Source of the DNA: the human T2T-CHM13v2.0 reference genome, Homo sapiens
Length of the DNA stretch: 64,000 nucleotides
Reading direction: 5' to 3' (one strand)
NCBI RefSeq assembly: GCF_009914755.1
Contig: NC_060931.1
Part shown: positions 11,043 to 25,100 of the stretch, in pieces
How the letters are laid out: every line of letters starts with the position of its first letter
Position numbering within the stretch: position 1 is the stretch's first letter
Made by a program: the position numbers and the translations under genes
Notes under the pieces: generated by a model
What the model was told of the DNA's origin: nothing
Seen by the model: only the letters and a program-made list of their open reading frames with translations
Databases searched by the model: none

Positions 11043-14000
11043 CTTTAGAGAGAGCAGATTTGAAACACTCTTGCTGTGGCATTTTCAGGTGGAGATTTCA
11101 AGCGATTTGAGGACAATTGCAGAAAAGGAAATATCTTCGTATAATAACCAGACAGAATCATTCTCAGAAAGTGCTTTGTGATGTGTGCGTTCAACTCACA
11201 GAGTTTAACCTTTCTTTTCATAGAGGAGTTTGGAAACACACTGTTTGTAAAGTCTGCAAGTGGATATATGGACCTGTTTGAGGCCTTCGTTGGAAACGGG
11301 ATTTCTTCATTGAATGCTAGACGGAAGAATTCTCAGTAAATTCTTTGTGTTGTGTGCATTCAACTCACAGAGTGGAACGTCCCTTTAGACAGAGCAGATT
11401 TGAAACACTCTTTTTGCGGAATTTGCAAGTGGAGATTTCTAGCCATTTGATGCCAACAGTAGAAAGGGAAATATCTTCAAATAAAAACCAGACAGAATCA
11501 TTCTCAGAAAATTCTTTGTGATGTGTGCGTTCAACTCACATAGTTTAACCTTTCTTTTCATAGAGCAGTTTGGAAACACTCTGTTTGTAAAGTCTGCAAG
11601 TGGATATATGGACCGCATTGAGGCCTTCGTTGGAAACGGGATTTCTTCATTTCATGCTAGACAGAAGAATTCTCAGTAACTTCTTTGTGCTGTGTGTATT
11701 CAACTCACAGAGTGGAACGTCCCTTTGCACAGAGCAGATTTGAAACACTCTTTTTGTGGAGTTTGCCAGTGGAGATTTCAAGCGATTTGATGCCAACAGT
11801 AGAAAAGGAAATATCTTCAAATAAAAACTAGACAGAATCATTCTCAGAAACTACTTTGTGATGTGTGCCTTCAACTCACAGAGTTCAACCTTTCTTTTCT
11901 TAGAGCAGTTTAGAAACACTCTGCTTGTTATGTCTGCAAGTGGATATTTGGACCTCTTTGAGGCCTTCGTTGCAAACGGGGTTTCTTCCTTTCATGCTAG
12001 ACTAAGAAGAGTTCTCAGTAACTTTTTTGTGTTGTGTGTATTCAACTCACAGAGTTGAACCTTGCTTTAGAGAGAGCAGATTTGAAACACTCTTGTTGTG
12101 GCATTTTCAGGTGGAGATTTCAAGCGATTTGAGGACAATTGCAGAAAAGGAAATATCTTCGTATAATAACCAGACAGAATCATTCTCAGAAAGTGCTTTG
12201 TGATGTGTGCGTTCAACTCACAGAGTTTAACCTTTCTTTTCATAGAGGAGTTTGGAAACACACTGTTTGTAAAGTCTGCAAGTGGATACATGGACCTGTT
12301 TGAGGCCTTCGTTGGAAACGGGATTTCTTCATTGAATGCTAGACGGAAGAATTCTCAGTAAATTCTTTGTGTTGTGTGCATTCAACTCACAGAGTGGAAC
12401 GTCCCTTTAGACAGAGCAGATTTGAAACACTCTTTTTGCGGAATTTGCAAGTGGAGATTTCTAGCCATTTGATGCCAACAGTAGAAAGGGAAATATCTTC
12501 AAATAAAAACCAGACAGAATCATTCTCAGAAAATTCTTTGTGATGTGTGCGTTCAACTCACATAGTTTAACCTTTCTTTTCATAGAGCAGTTTGGAAACA
12601 CTCTGTTTGTAAAGTCTGCAAGTGGATATATGGACCGCATTGAGGCCTTCGTTGGAAACGGGATTTCTTCATTTCATGCTAGACAGAAGAATTCTCAGTA
12701 ACTTCTTTGTGCTGTGTGTATTCAACTCACAGAGTGGAACGTCCCTTTGCACAGAGCAGATTTGAAACACTCTTTTTGTGGAGTTTGCAAGTGGAGATTT
12801 CAAGCGATTTGATGCCAACAGTAGAAAAGGAAATATCTTCAAATAAAAACTAGACAGAATCATTCTCAGAAACTACTTTGTGATGTGTGCCTTCAACTCA
12901 GAGTTCAACCTTTCTTTTCTTAGAGCAGTTTAGAAACACTCTGCTTGTTATGTCTGCAAGTGGATATTTGGACCTCTTTGAGGCCTTCGTTGCAAACGGG
13001 GTTTCTTCCTTTCATGCTAGACTAAGAAGAGTTCTCAGTAACTTTTTTGTGTTGTGTGTATTCAACTCACAGAGTTGAACCTTGCTTTAGAGAGAGCAGA
13101 TTTGAAACACTCTTGCTGTGGCATTTTCAGGTGGAGATTTCAAGCGATTTGTGGACAATTGCAGAAAAGGAAATATCTTCGTATAATAACCAGACAGAAT
13201 CATTCTCAGAAAGTGCTTTGTGATGTGTGCGTTCAACTCACAGAGTTTAACCTTTCTTTTCATAGAGGAGTTTGGAAACACACTGTTTGTAAAGTCTGCA
13301 AGTGGATACATGGACCTGTTTGAGGCCTTCGTTGGAAACGGGATTTCTTCATTGAATGCTAGACGGAAGAATTCTCAGTAAATTCTTTGTGTTGTGTGCA
13401 TTCAACTCACAGAGCGGAACGTCCCTTTAGACAGAGCAGATTTGAAACACTCTTTTTGCGGAATTTGCAAGTGGAGATTTCTAGCCATTTGATGCCAACA
13501 GTAGAAAGGGAAATATCTTCAAATAAAAACCAGACAGAATCATTCTCAGAAAATTCTTTGTGATGTGTGCGTTCAACTCACATAGTTTAACCTTTCTTTT
13601 CATAGAGCAGTTTGGAAACACTCTGTTTGTAAAGTCTGCAAGTGGATATATGGACCGCATTGAGGCCTTCGTTGGAAACGGGATTTCTTCATTTCATGCT
13701 AGACAGAAGAATTCTCAGTAACTTCTTTGTGCTGTGTGTATTCAACTCACAGAGTGGAACGTCCCTTTGCACAGAGCAGATTTGAAACACTCTTTTTGTG
13801 GAGTTTGCAAGTGGAGATTTCAAGCGATTTGATGCCAACAGTAGAAAAGGAAATATCTTCAAATAAAAACTAGACAGAATCATTCTCAGAAACTACTTTG
13901 TGATGTGTGCCTTCAACTCACAGAGTTTAACCTTTCTTTTCTTAGAGCAGTTTAGAAACACTCTGCTTGTTACGTCTGCAAGTGGATATTTGGACCTCTT

Positions 14001-17000
14001 TGAGGCCTTCGTTGCAAACGGGGTTTCTTCCTTTCATGCTAGACTAAGAAGAGTTCTCAGTAACTTTTTTGTGTTGTGTGTATTCAACTCACAGAGTTGA
14101 ACCTTACTTTAGAGAGAGCAGATTTGAAACACTCTTGCTGTGGCATTTTCAGGTGGAGATTTCAAGCGATTTGAGGACAATTGCAGAAAAGGAAATATCT
14201 TCGTATAATAACCAGACAGAATCATTCTCAGAAAGTGCTTTGTGATGTGTGCGTTCAACTCACAGAGTTTAACCTTTCTTTTCATAGAGGAGTTTGGAAA
14301 CACACTGTTTGTAAAGTCTGCAAGTGGATATATGGACCTGTTTGAGGCCTTCGTTGGAAACGGGATTTCTTCATTGAATGCTAGACGGAAGAATTCTCAG
14401 TAAATTCTTTGTGTTGTGTGCATTCAACTCACAGAGTGGAACGTCCCTTTAGACAGAGCAGATTTGAAACACTCTTTTTGCGGAATTTGCAAGTGGAGAT
14501 TTCTAGCCATTTGATGCCAACAGTAGAAAGGGAAATATCTTCAAATAAAAACCAGACAGAATCATTCTCAGAAAATTCTTTGTGATGTGTGCGTTCAACT
14601 CACATAGTTTAACCTTTCTTTTCATAGAGCAGTTTGGAAACACTCTGTTTGTAAAGTCTGCAAGTGGATATATGGACCGCATTGAGGCCTTCGTTGGAAA
14701 CGGGATTTCTTCATTTCATGCTAGACAGAAGAATTCTCAGTAACTTCTTTGTGCTGTGTGTATTCAACTCACAGAGTGGAACGTCCCTTTGCACAGAGCA
14801 GATTTGAAACACTCTTTTTGTGGAGTTTGCCAGTGGAGATTTCAAGCGATTTGATGCCAACAGTAGAAAAGGAAATATCTTCAAATAAAAACTAGACAGA
14901 ATCATTCTCAGAAACTACTTTGTGATGTGTGCCTTCAACTCACAGAGTTCAACCTTTCTTTTCTTAGAGCAGTTTAGAAACACTCTGCTTGTTATGTCTG
15001 CAAGTGGATATTTGGACCTCTTTGAGGCCTTCGTTGCAAACGGGGTTTCTTCCTTTCATGCTAGACTAAGAAGAGTTCTCAGTAACTTTTTTGTGTTGTG
15101 TGTATTCAACTCACAGAGTTGAACCTTGCTTTAGAGAGAGCAGATTTGAAACACTCTTGTTGTGGCATTTTCAGGTGGAGATTTCAAGCGATTTGAGGAC
15201 AATTGCAGAAAAGGAAATATCTTCGTATAATAACCAGACAGAATCATTCTCAGAAAGTGCTTTGTGATGTGTGCGTTCAACTCACAGAGTTTAACCTTTC
15301 TTTTCATAGAGGAGTTTGGAAACACACTGTTTGTAAAGTCTGCAAGTGGATACATGGACCTGTTTGAGGCCTTCGTTGGAAACGGGATTTCTTCATTGAA
15401 TGCTAGACGGAAGAATTCTCAGTAAATTCTTTGTGTTGTGTGCATTCAACTCACAGAGTGGAACGTCCCTTTAGACAGAGCAGATTTGAAACACTCTTTT
15501 TGCGGAATTTGCAAGTGGAGATTTCTAGCCATTTGATGCCAACAGTAGAAAGGGAAATATCTTCAAATAAAAACCAGACAGAATCATTCTCAGAAAATTC
15601 TTTGTGATGTGTGCGTTCAACTCACATAGTTTAACCTTTCTTTTCATAGAGCAGTTTGGAAACACTCTGTTTGTAAAGTCTGCAAGTGGATATATGGACC
15701 GCATTGAGGCCTTCGTTGGAAACGGGATTTCTTCATTTCATGCTAGACAGAAGAATTCTCAGTAACTTCTTTGTGCTGTGTGTATTCAACTCACAGAGTG
15801 GAACGTCCCTTTGCACAGAGCAGATTTGAAACACTCTTTTTGTGGAGTTTGCAAGTGGAGATTTCAAGCGATTTGATGCCAACAGTAGAAAAGGAAATAT
15901 CTTCAAATAAAAACTAGACAGAATCATTCTCAGAAACTACTTTGTGATGTGTGCCTTCAACTCAGAGTTCAACCTTTCTTTTCTTAGAGCAGTTTAGAAA
16001 CACTCTGCTTGTTATGTCTGCAAGTGGATATTTGGACCTCTTTGAGGCCTTCGTTGCAAACGGGGTTTCTTCCTTTCATGCTAGACTAAGAAGAGTTCTC
16101 AGTAACTTTTTTGTGTTGTGTGTATTCAACTCACAGAGTTGAACCTTGCTTTAGAGAGAGCAGATTTGAAACACTCTTGCTGTGGCATTTTCAGGTGGAG
16201 ATTTCAAGCGATTTGTGGACAATTGCAGAAAAGGAAATATCTTCGTATAATAACCAGACAGAATCATTCTCAGAAAGTGCTTTGTGATGTGTGCGTTCAA
16301 CTCACAGAGTTTAACCTTTCTTTTCATAGAGGAGTTTGGAAACACACTGTTTGTAAAGTCTGCAAGTGGATACATGGACCTGTTTGAGGCCTTCGTTGGA
16401 AACGGGATTTCTTCATTGAATGCTAGACGGAAGAATTCTCAGTAAATTCTTTGTGTTGTGTGCATTCAACTCACAGAGCGGAACGTCCCTTTAGACAGAG
16501 CAGATTTGAAACACTCTTTTTGCGGAATTTGCAAGTGGAGATTTCTAGCCATTTGATGCCAACAGTAGAAAGGGAAATATCTTCAAATAAAAACCAGACA
16601 GAATCATTCTCAGAAAATTCTTTGTGATGTGTGCGTTCAACTCACATAGTTTAACCTTTCTTTTCATAGAGCAGTTTGGAAACACTCTGTTTGTAAAGTC
16701 TGCAAGTGGATATATGGACCGCATTGAGGCCTTCGTTGGAAACGGGATTTCTTCATTTCATGCTAGACAGAAGAATTCTCAGTAACTTCTTTGTGCTGTG
16801 TGTATTCAACTCACAGAGTGGAACGTCCCTTTGCACAGAGCAGATTTGAAACACTCTTTTTGTGGAGTTTGCAAGTGGAGATTTCAAGCGATTTGATGCC
16901 AACAGTAGAAAAGGAAATATCTTCAAATAAAAACTAGACAGAATCATTCTCAGAAACTACTTTGTGATGTGTGCCTTCAACTCACAGAGTTTAACCTTTC

Positions 17001-17170
17001 TTTTCTTAGAGCAGTTTAGAAACACTCTGCTTGTTACGTCTGCAAGTGGATATTTGGACCTCTTTGAGGCCTTCGTTGCAAACTGGGTTTCTTCCTTTCA
17101 TGCTAGACTAAGAAGAGTTCTCAGTAACTTTTTTGTGTTGTGTGTATTCAACTCACAGAGTTGAACCTTA
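11043..17170 (+). repeat. Tandem duplication of a 3-HOR block, period 3064 bp (ends approximate)
   Basis: Paired variants at 11767/14831, 12096/15160, CA deletion 12900/15964, 13152/16216, 13415/16479 and 14106/17170. Confidence 0.93.
17071..17087 (+). promoter_or_regulatory. Mutated CENP-B box CTTCGTTGCAAACTGGG, predicted non-binding
   Basis: G>T at 17084 breaks the core CGGG (position 14). Confidence 0.87.
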
Positions 17171-20100
17171 CTTTAGAGAGAGCAGATTTGAAACACTCTT
17201 GCTGTGGCATTTTCAGGTGGAGATTTCAAGCGATTTGAGGACAATTGCAGAAAAGGAAATATCTTCGTATAATAACCAGACAGAATCATTCTCAGAAAGT
17301 GCTTTGTGATGTGTGCGTTCAACTCACAGAGTTTAACCTTTCTTTTCATAGAGGAGTTTGGAAACACACTGTTTGTAAAGTCTGCAAGTGGATATATGGA
17401 CCTGTTTGAGGCCTTCGTTGGAAACGGGATTTCTTCATTGAATGCTAGACGGAAGAATTCTCAGTAAATTCTTTGTGTTGTGTGCATTCAACTCACAGAG
17501 TGGAACGTCCCTTTAGACAGAGCAGATTTGAAACACTCTTTTTGCGGAATTTGCAAGTGGAGATTTCTAGCCATTTGATGCCAACAGTAGAAAGGGAAAT
17601 ATCTTCAAATAAAAACCAGACAGAATCATTCTCAGAAAATTCTTTGTGATGTGTGCGTTCAACTCACATAGTTTAACCTTTCTTTTCATAGAGCAGTTTG
17701 GAAACACTCTGTTTGTAAAGTCTGCAAGTGGATATATGGACCGCATTGAGGCCTTCGTTGGAAACGGGATTTCTTCATTTCATGCTAGACAGAAGAATTC
17801 TCAGTAACTTCTTTGTGCTGTGTGTATTCAACTCACAGAGTGGAACGTCCCTTTGCACAGAGCAGATTTGAAACACTCTTTTTGTGGAGTTTGCAAGTGG
17901 AGATTTCAAGCGATTTGATGCCTACAGTAGAAAAGGAAATATCTTCAAATAAAAACTAGACAGAATCATTCTCAGAAACTACTTTGTGATGTGTGCCTTC
18001 AACTCACAGAGTTTAACCTTTCTTTTCTTAGAGCAGTTTAGAAACACTCTGCTTGTTATGTCTGCAAGTGGATATTTGGACCTCTTTGAGGCCTTCGTTG
18101 CAAACGGGGTTTCTTCCTTTCATGCTAGACTAAGAAGAGTTCTCAGTAACTTTTTTGTGTTGTGTGTATTCAACTCACAGAGTTGAACCTTGCTTTAGAG
18201 AGAGCAGATTTGAAACACTCTTGCTGTGGCATTTTCAGGTGGAGATTTCAAGCGATTTGAGGACAATTGCAGAAAAGGAAATATCTTCGTGTAATAACCA
18301 GACAGAATCATTCTCAGAAAGTGCTTTGTGATGTGTGCGTTCAACTCACAGAGTTTAACCTTTCTTTTCATAGAGGAGTTTGGAAACACACTGTTTGTAA
18401 AGTCTGCAAGTGGATATATGGACCTGTTTGAGGCCTTCGTTGGAAACGGGATTTCTTCATTGAATGCTAGACGGAAGAATTCTCAGTAAATTCTTTGTGT
18501 TGTGTGCATTCAACTCACAGAGTGGAACGTCCCTTTAGACAGAGCAGATTTGAAACACTCTTTTTGCGGAATTTGCAAGTGGAGATTTCTAGCCATTTGA
18601 TGCCAACAGTAGAAAGGGAAATATCTTCAAATAAAAACCAGACAGAATCATTCTCAGAAAATTCTTTGTGATGTGTGCGTTCAACTCACATAGTTTAACC
18701 TTTCTTTTCATAGAGCAGTTTGGAAACACTCTGTTTGTAAAGTCTGCAAGTGGATATATGGACCGCATTGAGGCCTTCGTTGGAAACGGGATTTCTTCAT
18801 TTCATGCTAGACAGAAGAATTCTCAGTAACTTCTTTGTGCTGTGTGTATTCAACTCACAGAGTGGAACGTCCCTTTGCACAGAGCAGATTTGAAACACTC
18901 TTTTTGTGGAGTTTGCAAGTGGAGATTTCAAGCGATTTGATGCCAACAGTAGAAAAGGAAATATCTTCAAATAAAAACTAGACAGAATCATTCTCAGAAA
19001 CTACTTTGTGATGTGTGCCTTCAACTCACAGAGTTCAACCTTTCTTTTCTTAGAGCAGTTTAGAAACACTCTGCTTGTTATGTCTGCAAGTGGATATTTG
19101 GACCTCTTTGAGGCCTTCGTTGCAAACGGGGTTTCTTCCTTTCATGCTAGACTAAGAAGAGTTCTCAGTAACTTTTTTGTGTTGTGTGTATTCAACTCAC
19201 AGAGTTGAACCTTGCTTTAGAGAGAGCAGATTTGAAACACTCTTGCTGTGGCATTTTCAGGTGGAGATTTCAAGCGATTTGAGGACAATTGCAGAAAAGG
19301 AAATATCTTCGTATAATAACCAGACAGAATCATTCTCAGAAAGTGCTTTGTGATGTGTGCGTTCAACTCACAGAGTTTAACCTTTCTTTTCATAGAGGAG
19401 TTTGGAAACACACTGTTTGTAAAGTCTGCAAGTGGATACATGGACCTGTTTGAGGCCTTCGTTGGAAACGGGATTTCTTCATTGAATGCTAGATGGAAGA
19501 ATTCTCAGTAAATTCTTTGTGTTGTGTGCATTCAACTCACAGAGTGGAACGTCCCTTTAGACAGAGCAGATTTGAAACACTCTTTTTGCGGAATTTGCAA
19601 GTGGAGATTTCTAGCCATTTGATGCCAACAGTAGAAAGGGAAATATCTTCAAATAAAAACCAGACAGAATCATTCTCAGAAAATTCTTTGTGATGTGTGC
19701 GTTCAACTCACATAGTTTAACCTTTCTTTTCATAGAGCAGTTTGGAAACACTCTGTTTGTAAAGTCTGCAAGTGGATATATGGACCGCATTGAGGCCTTC
19801 GTTGGAAACGGGATTTCTTCATTTCATGCTAGACAGAAGAATTCTCAGTAACTTCTTTGTGCTGTGTGTATTCAACTCACAGAGTGGAACGTCCCTTTGC
19901 ACAGAGCAGATTTGAAACACTCTTTTTGTGGAGTTTGCAAGTGGAGATTTCAAGCGATTTGATGCCAACAGTAGAAAAGGAAATATCTTCAAATAAAAAC
20001 TAGACAGAATCATTCTCAGAAACTACTTTGTGATGTGTGCCTTCAACTCACAGAGTTTAACCTTTCTTTTCTTAGAGCAGTTTAGAAACACTCTGCTTGT

Positions 20101-22180
20101 TACGTCTGCAAGTGGATATTTGGACCTCTTTGAGGCCTTCGTTGCAAACGGGGTTTCTTCCTTTCATGCTAGACTAAGAAGAGTTCTCAGTAACTTTTTT
20201 GTGTTGTGTGTATTCAACTCACAGAGTTGAACCTTGCTTTAGAGAGAGCAGATTTGAAACACTCTTGCTGTGGCATTTTCAGGTGGAGATTTCAAGCGAT
20301 TTGAGGACAATTGCAGAAAAGGAAATATCTTCGTATAATAACCAGACAGAATCATTCTCAGAAAGTGCTTTGTGATGTGTGCGTTCAACTCACAGAGTTT
20401 AACCTTTCTTTTCATAGAGGAGTTTGGAAACACACTGTTTGTAAAGTCTGCAAGTGGATATATGGACCTGTTTGAGGCCTTCGTTGGAAACGGGATTTCT
20501 TCATTGAATGCTAGACGGAAGAATTCTCAGTAAATTCTTTGTGTTGTGTGCATTCAACTCACAGAGTGGAACGTCCCTTTAGACAGAGCAGATTTGAAAC
20601 ACTCTTTTTGCGGAATTTGCAAGTGGAGATTTCTAGCCATTTGATGCCAACAGTAGAAAGGGAAATATCTTCAAATAAAAACCAGACAGAATCATTCTCA
20701 GAAAATTCTTTGTGATGTGTGCGTTCAACTCACATAGTTTAACCTTTCTTTTCATAGAGCAGTTTGGAAACACTCTGTTTGTAAAGTCTGCAAGTGGATA
20801 TATGGACCGCATTGAGGCCTTCGTTGGAAACGGGATTTCTTCATTTCATGCTAGACAGAAGAATTCTCAGTAACTTCTTTGTGCTGTGTGTATTCAACTC
20901 ACAGAGTGGAACGTCCCTTTGCACAGAGCAGATTTGAAACACTCTTTTTGTGGAGTTTGCAAGTGGAGATTTCAAGCGATTTGATGCCTACAGTAGAAAA
21001 GGAAATATCTTCAAATAAAAACTAGACAGAATCATTCTCAGAAACTACTTTGTGATGTGTGCCTTCAACTCACAGAGTTTAACCTTTCTTTTCTTAGAGC
21101 AGTTTAGAAACACTCTGCTTGTTATGTCTGCAAGTGGATATTTGGACCTCTTTGAGGCCTTCGTTGCAAACGGGGTTTCTTCCTTTCATGCTAGACTAAG
21201 AAGAGTTCTCAGTAACTTTTTTGTGTTGTGTGTATTCAACTCACAGAGTTGAACCTTGCTTTAGAGAGAGCAGATTTGAAACACTCTTGCTGTGGCATTT
21301 TCAGGTGGAGATTTCAAGCGATTTGAGGACAATTGCAGAAAAGGAAATATCTTCGTATAATAACCAGACAGAATCATTCTCAGAAAGTGCTTTGTGATGT
21401 GTGCGTTCAACTCACAGAGTTTAACCTTTCTTTTCATAGAGGAGTTTGGAAACACACTGTTTGTAAAGTCTGCAAGTGGATATATGGACCTGTTTGAGGC
21501 CTTCGTTGGAAACGGGATTTCTTCATTGAATGCTAGACGGAAGAATTCTCAGTAAATTCTTTGTGTTGTGTGCATTCAACTCACAGAGTGGAACGTCCCT
21601 TTAGACAGAGCAGATTTGAAACACTCTTTTTGCGGAATTTGCAAGTGGAGATTTCTAGCCATTTGATGCCAACAGTAGAAAGGGAAATATCTTCAAATAA
21701 AAACCAGACAGAATCATTCTCAGAAAATTCTTTGTGATGTGTGCGTTCAACTCACATAGTTTAACCTTTCTTTTCATAGAGCAGTTTGGAAACACTCTGT
21801 TTGTAAAGTCTGCAAGTGGATATATGGACCGCATTGAGGCCTTCGTTGGAAACGGGATTTCTTCATTTCATGCTAGACAGAAGAATTCTCAGTAACTTCT
21901 TTGTGCTGTGTGTATTCAACTCACAGAGTGGAACGTCCCTTTGCACAGAGCAGATTTGAAACACTCTTTTTGTGGAGTTTGCAAGTGGAGATTTCAAGCG
22001 ATTTGATGCCAACAGTAGAAAAGGAAATATCTTCAAATAAAAACTAGACAGAATCATTCTCAGAAACTACTTTGTGATGTGTGCCTTCAACTCACAGAGT
22101 TTAACCTTTCTTTTCTTAGAGCAGTTTAGAAACACTCTGCTTGTTACGTCTGCAAGTGGATATTTGGACCTCTTTGAGGC

Positions 22181-22197
22181 CTTCGTTGCAAACTGGG
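22181..22197 (+). promoter_or_regulatory. Mutated CENP-B box CTTCGTTGCAAACTGGG, duplicate of 17071-17087
   Basis: G>T at 22194, exactly 5110 bp from 17084. Confidence 0.87.
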
Positions 22198-25100
22198 TTT
22201 CTTCCTTTCATGCTAGACTAAGAAGAGTTCTCAGTAACTTTTTTGTGTTGTGTGTATTCAACTCACAGAGTTGAACCTTACTTTAGAGAGAGCAGATTTG
22301 AAACACTCTTGCTGTGGCATTTTCAGGTGGAGATTTCAAGCGATTTGAGGACAATTGCAGAAAAGGAAATATCTTCGTATAATAACCAGACAGAATCATT
22401 CTCAGAAAGTGCTTTGTGATGTGTGCGTTCAACTCACAGAGTTTAACCTTTCTTTTCATAGAGGAGTTTGGAAACACACTGTTTGTAAAGTCTGCAAGTG
22501 GATATATGGACCTGTTTGAGGCCTTCGTTGGAAACGGGATTTCTTCATTGAATGCTAGACGGAAGAATTCTCAGTAAATTCTTTGTGTTGTGTGCATTCA
22601 ACTCACAGAGTGGAACGTCCCTTTAGACAGAGCAGATTTGAAACACTCTTTTTGCGGAATTTGCAAGTGGAGATTTCTAGCCATTTGATGCCAACAGTAG
22701 AAAGGGAAATATCTTCAAATAAAAACCAGACAGAATCATTCTCAGAAAATTCTTTGTGATGTGTGCGTTCAACTCACATAGTTTAACCTTTCTTTTCATA
22801 GAGCAGTTTGGAAACACTCTGTTTGTAAAGTCTGCAAGTGGATATATGGACCGCATTGAGGCCTTCGTTGGAAACGGGATTTCTTCATTTCATGCTAGAC
22901 AGAAGAATTCTCAGTAACTTCTTTGTGCTGTGTGTATTCAACTCACAGAGTGGAACGTCCCTTTGCACAGAGCAGATTTGAAACACTCTTTTTGTGGAGT
23001 TTGCAAGTGGAGATTTCAAGCGATTTGATGCCTACAGTAGAAAAGGAAATATCTTCAAATAAAAACTAGACAGAATCATTCTCAGAAACTACTTTGTGAT
23101 GTGTGCCTTCAACTCACAGAGTTTAACCTTTCTTTTCTTAGAGCAGTTTAGAAACACTCTGCTTGTTATGTCTGCAAGTGGATATTTGGACCTCTTTGAG
23201 GCCTTCGTTGCAAACGGGGTTTCTTCCTTTCATGCTAGACTAAGAAGAGTTCTCAGTAACTTTTTTGTGTTGTGTGTATTCAACTCACAGAGTTGAACCT
23301 TGCTTTAGAGAGAGCAGATTTGAAACACTCTTGCTGTGGCATTTTCAGGTGGAGATTTCAAGCGATTTGAGGACAATTGCAGAAAAGGAAATATCTTCGT
23401 GTAATAACCAGACAGAATCATTCTCAGAAAGTGCTTTGTGATGTGTGCGTTCAACTCACAGAGTTTAACCTTTCTTTTCATAGAGGAGTTTGGAAACACA
23501 CTGTTTGTAAAGTCTGCAAGTGGATATATGGACCTGTTTGAGGCCTTCGTTGGAAACGGGATTTCTTCATTGAATGCTAGACGGAAGAATTCTCAGTAAA
23601 TTCTTTGTGTTGTGTGCATTCAACTCACAGAGTGGAACGTCCCTTTAGACAGAGCAGATTTGAAACACTCTTTTTGCGGAATTTGCAAGTGGAGATTTCT
23701 AGCCATTTGATGCCAACAGTAGAAAGGGAAATATCTTCAAATAAAAACCAGACAGAATCATTCTCAGAAAATTCTTTGTGATGTGTGCGTTCAACTCACA
23801 TAGTTTAACCTTTCTTTTCATAGAGCAGTTTGGAAACACTCTGTTTGTAAAGTCTGCAAGTGGATATATGGACCGCATTGAGGCCTTCGTTGGAAACGGG
23901 ATTTCTTCATTTCATGCTAGACAGAAGAATTCTCAGTAACTTCTTTGTGCTGTGTGTATTCAACTCACAGAGTGGAACGTCCCTTTGCACAGAGCAGATT
24001 TGAAACACTCTTTTTGTGGAGTTTGCAAGTGGAGATTTCAAGCGATTTGATGCCAACAGTAGAAAAGGAAATATCTTCAAATAAAAACTAGACAGAATCA
24101 TTCTCAGAAACTACTTTGTGATGTGTGCCTTCAACTCACAGAGTTCAACCTTTCTTTTCTTAGAGCAGTTTAGAAACACTCTGCTTGTTATGTCTGCAAG
24201 TGGATATTTGGACCTCTTTGAGGCCTTCGTTGCAAACGGGGTTTCTTCCTTTCATGCTAGACTAAGAAGAGTTCTCAGTAACTTTTTTGTGTTGTGTGTA
24301 TTCAACTCACAGAGTTGAACCTTGCTTTAGAGAGAGCAGATTTGAAACACTCTTGCTGTGGCATTTTCAGGTGGAGATTTCAAGCGATTTGAGGACAATT
24401 GCAGAAAAGGAAATATCTTCGTATAATAACCAGACAGAATCATTCTCAGAAAGTGCTTTGTGATGTGTGCGTTCAACTCACAGAGTTTAACCTTTCTTTT
24501 CATAGAGGAGTTTGGAAACACACTGTTTGTAAAGTCTGCAAGTGGATACATGGACCTGTTTGAGGCCTTCGTTGGAAACGGGATTTCTTCATTGAATGCT
24601 AGATGGAAGAATTCTCAGTAAATTCTTTGTGTTGTGTGCATTCAACTCACAGAGTGGAACGTCCCTTTAGACAGAGCAGATTTGAAACACTCTTTTTGCG
24701 GAATTTGCAAGTGGAGATTTCTAGCCATTTGATGCCAACAGTAGAAAGGGAAATATCTTCAAATAAAAACCAGACAGAATCATTCTCAGAAAATTCTTTG
24801 TGATGTGTGCGTTCAACTCACATAGTTTAACCTTTCTTTTCATAGAGCAGTTTGGAAACACTCTGTTTGTAAAGTCTGCAAGTGGATATATGGACCGCAT
24901 TGAGGCCTTCGTTGGAAACGGGATTTCTTCATTTCATGCTAGACAGAAGAATTCTCAGTAACTTCTTTGTGCTGTGTGTATTCAACTCACAGAGTGGAAC
25001 GTCCCTTTGCACAGAGCAGATTTGAAACACTCTTTTTGTGGAGTTTGCAAGTGGAGATTTCAAGCGATTTGATGCCAACAGTAGAAAAGGAAATATCTTC

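Noticed and set aside
13054-13323. Longer 89-aa and 87-aa ORFs (13054, 16118, 6963, 9005) and the ATG-initiated ORFs at 19493, 24603 and 31754
   Set aside because: Each results from one substitution or 2-bp deletion, mostly copied by block duplication. They are useful as markers and are not evidence of coding function.
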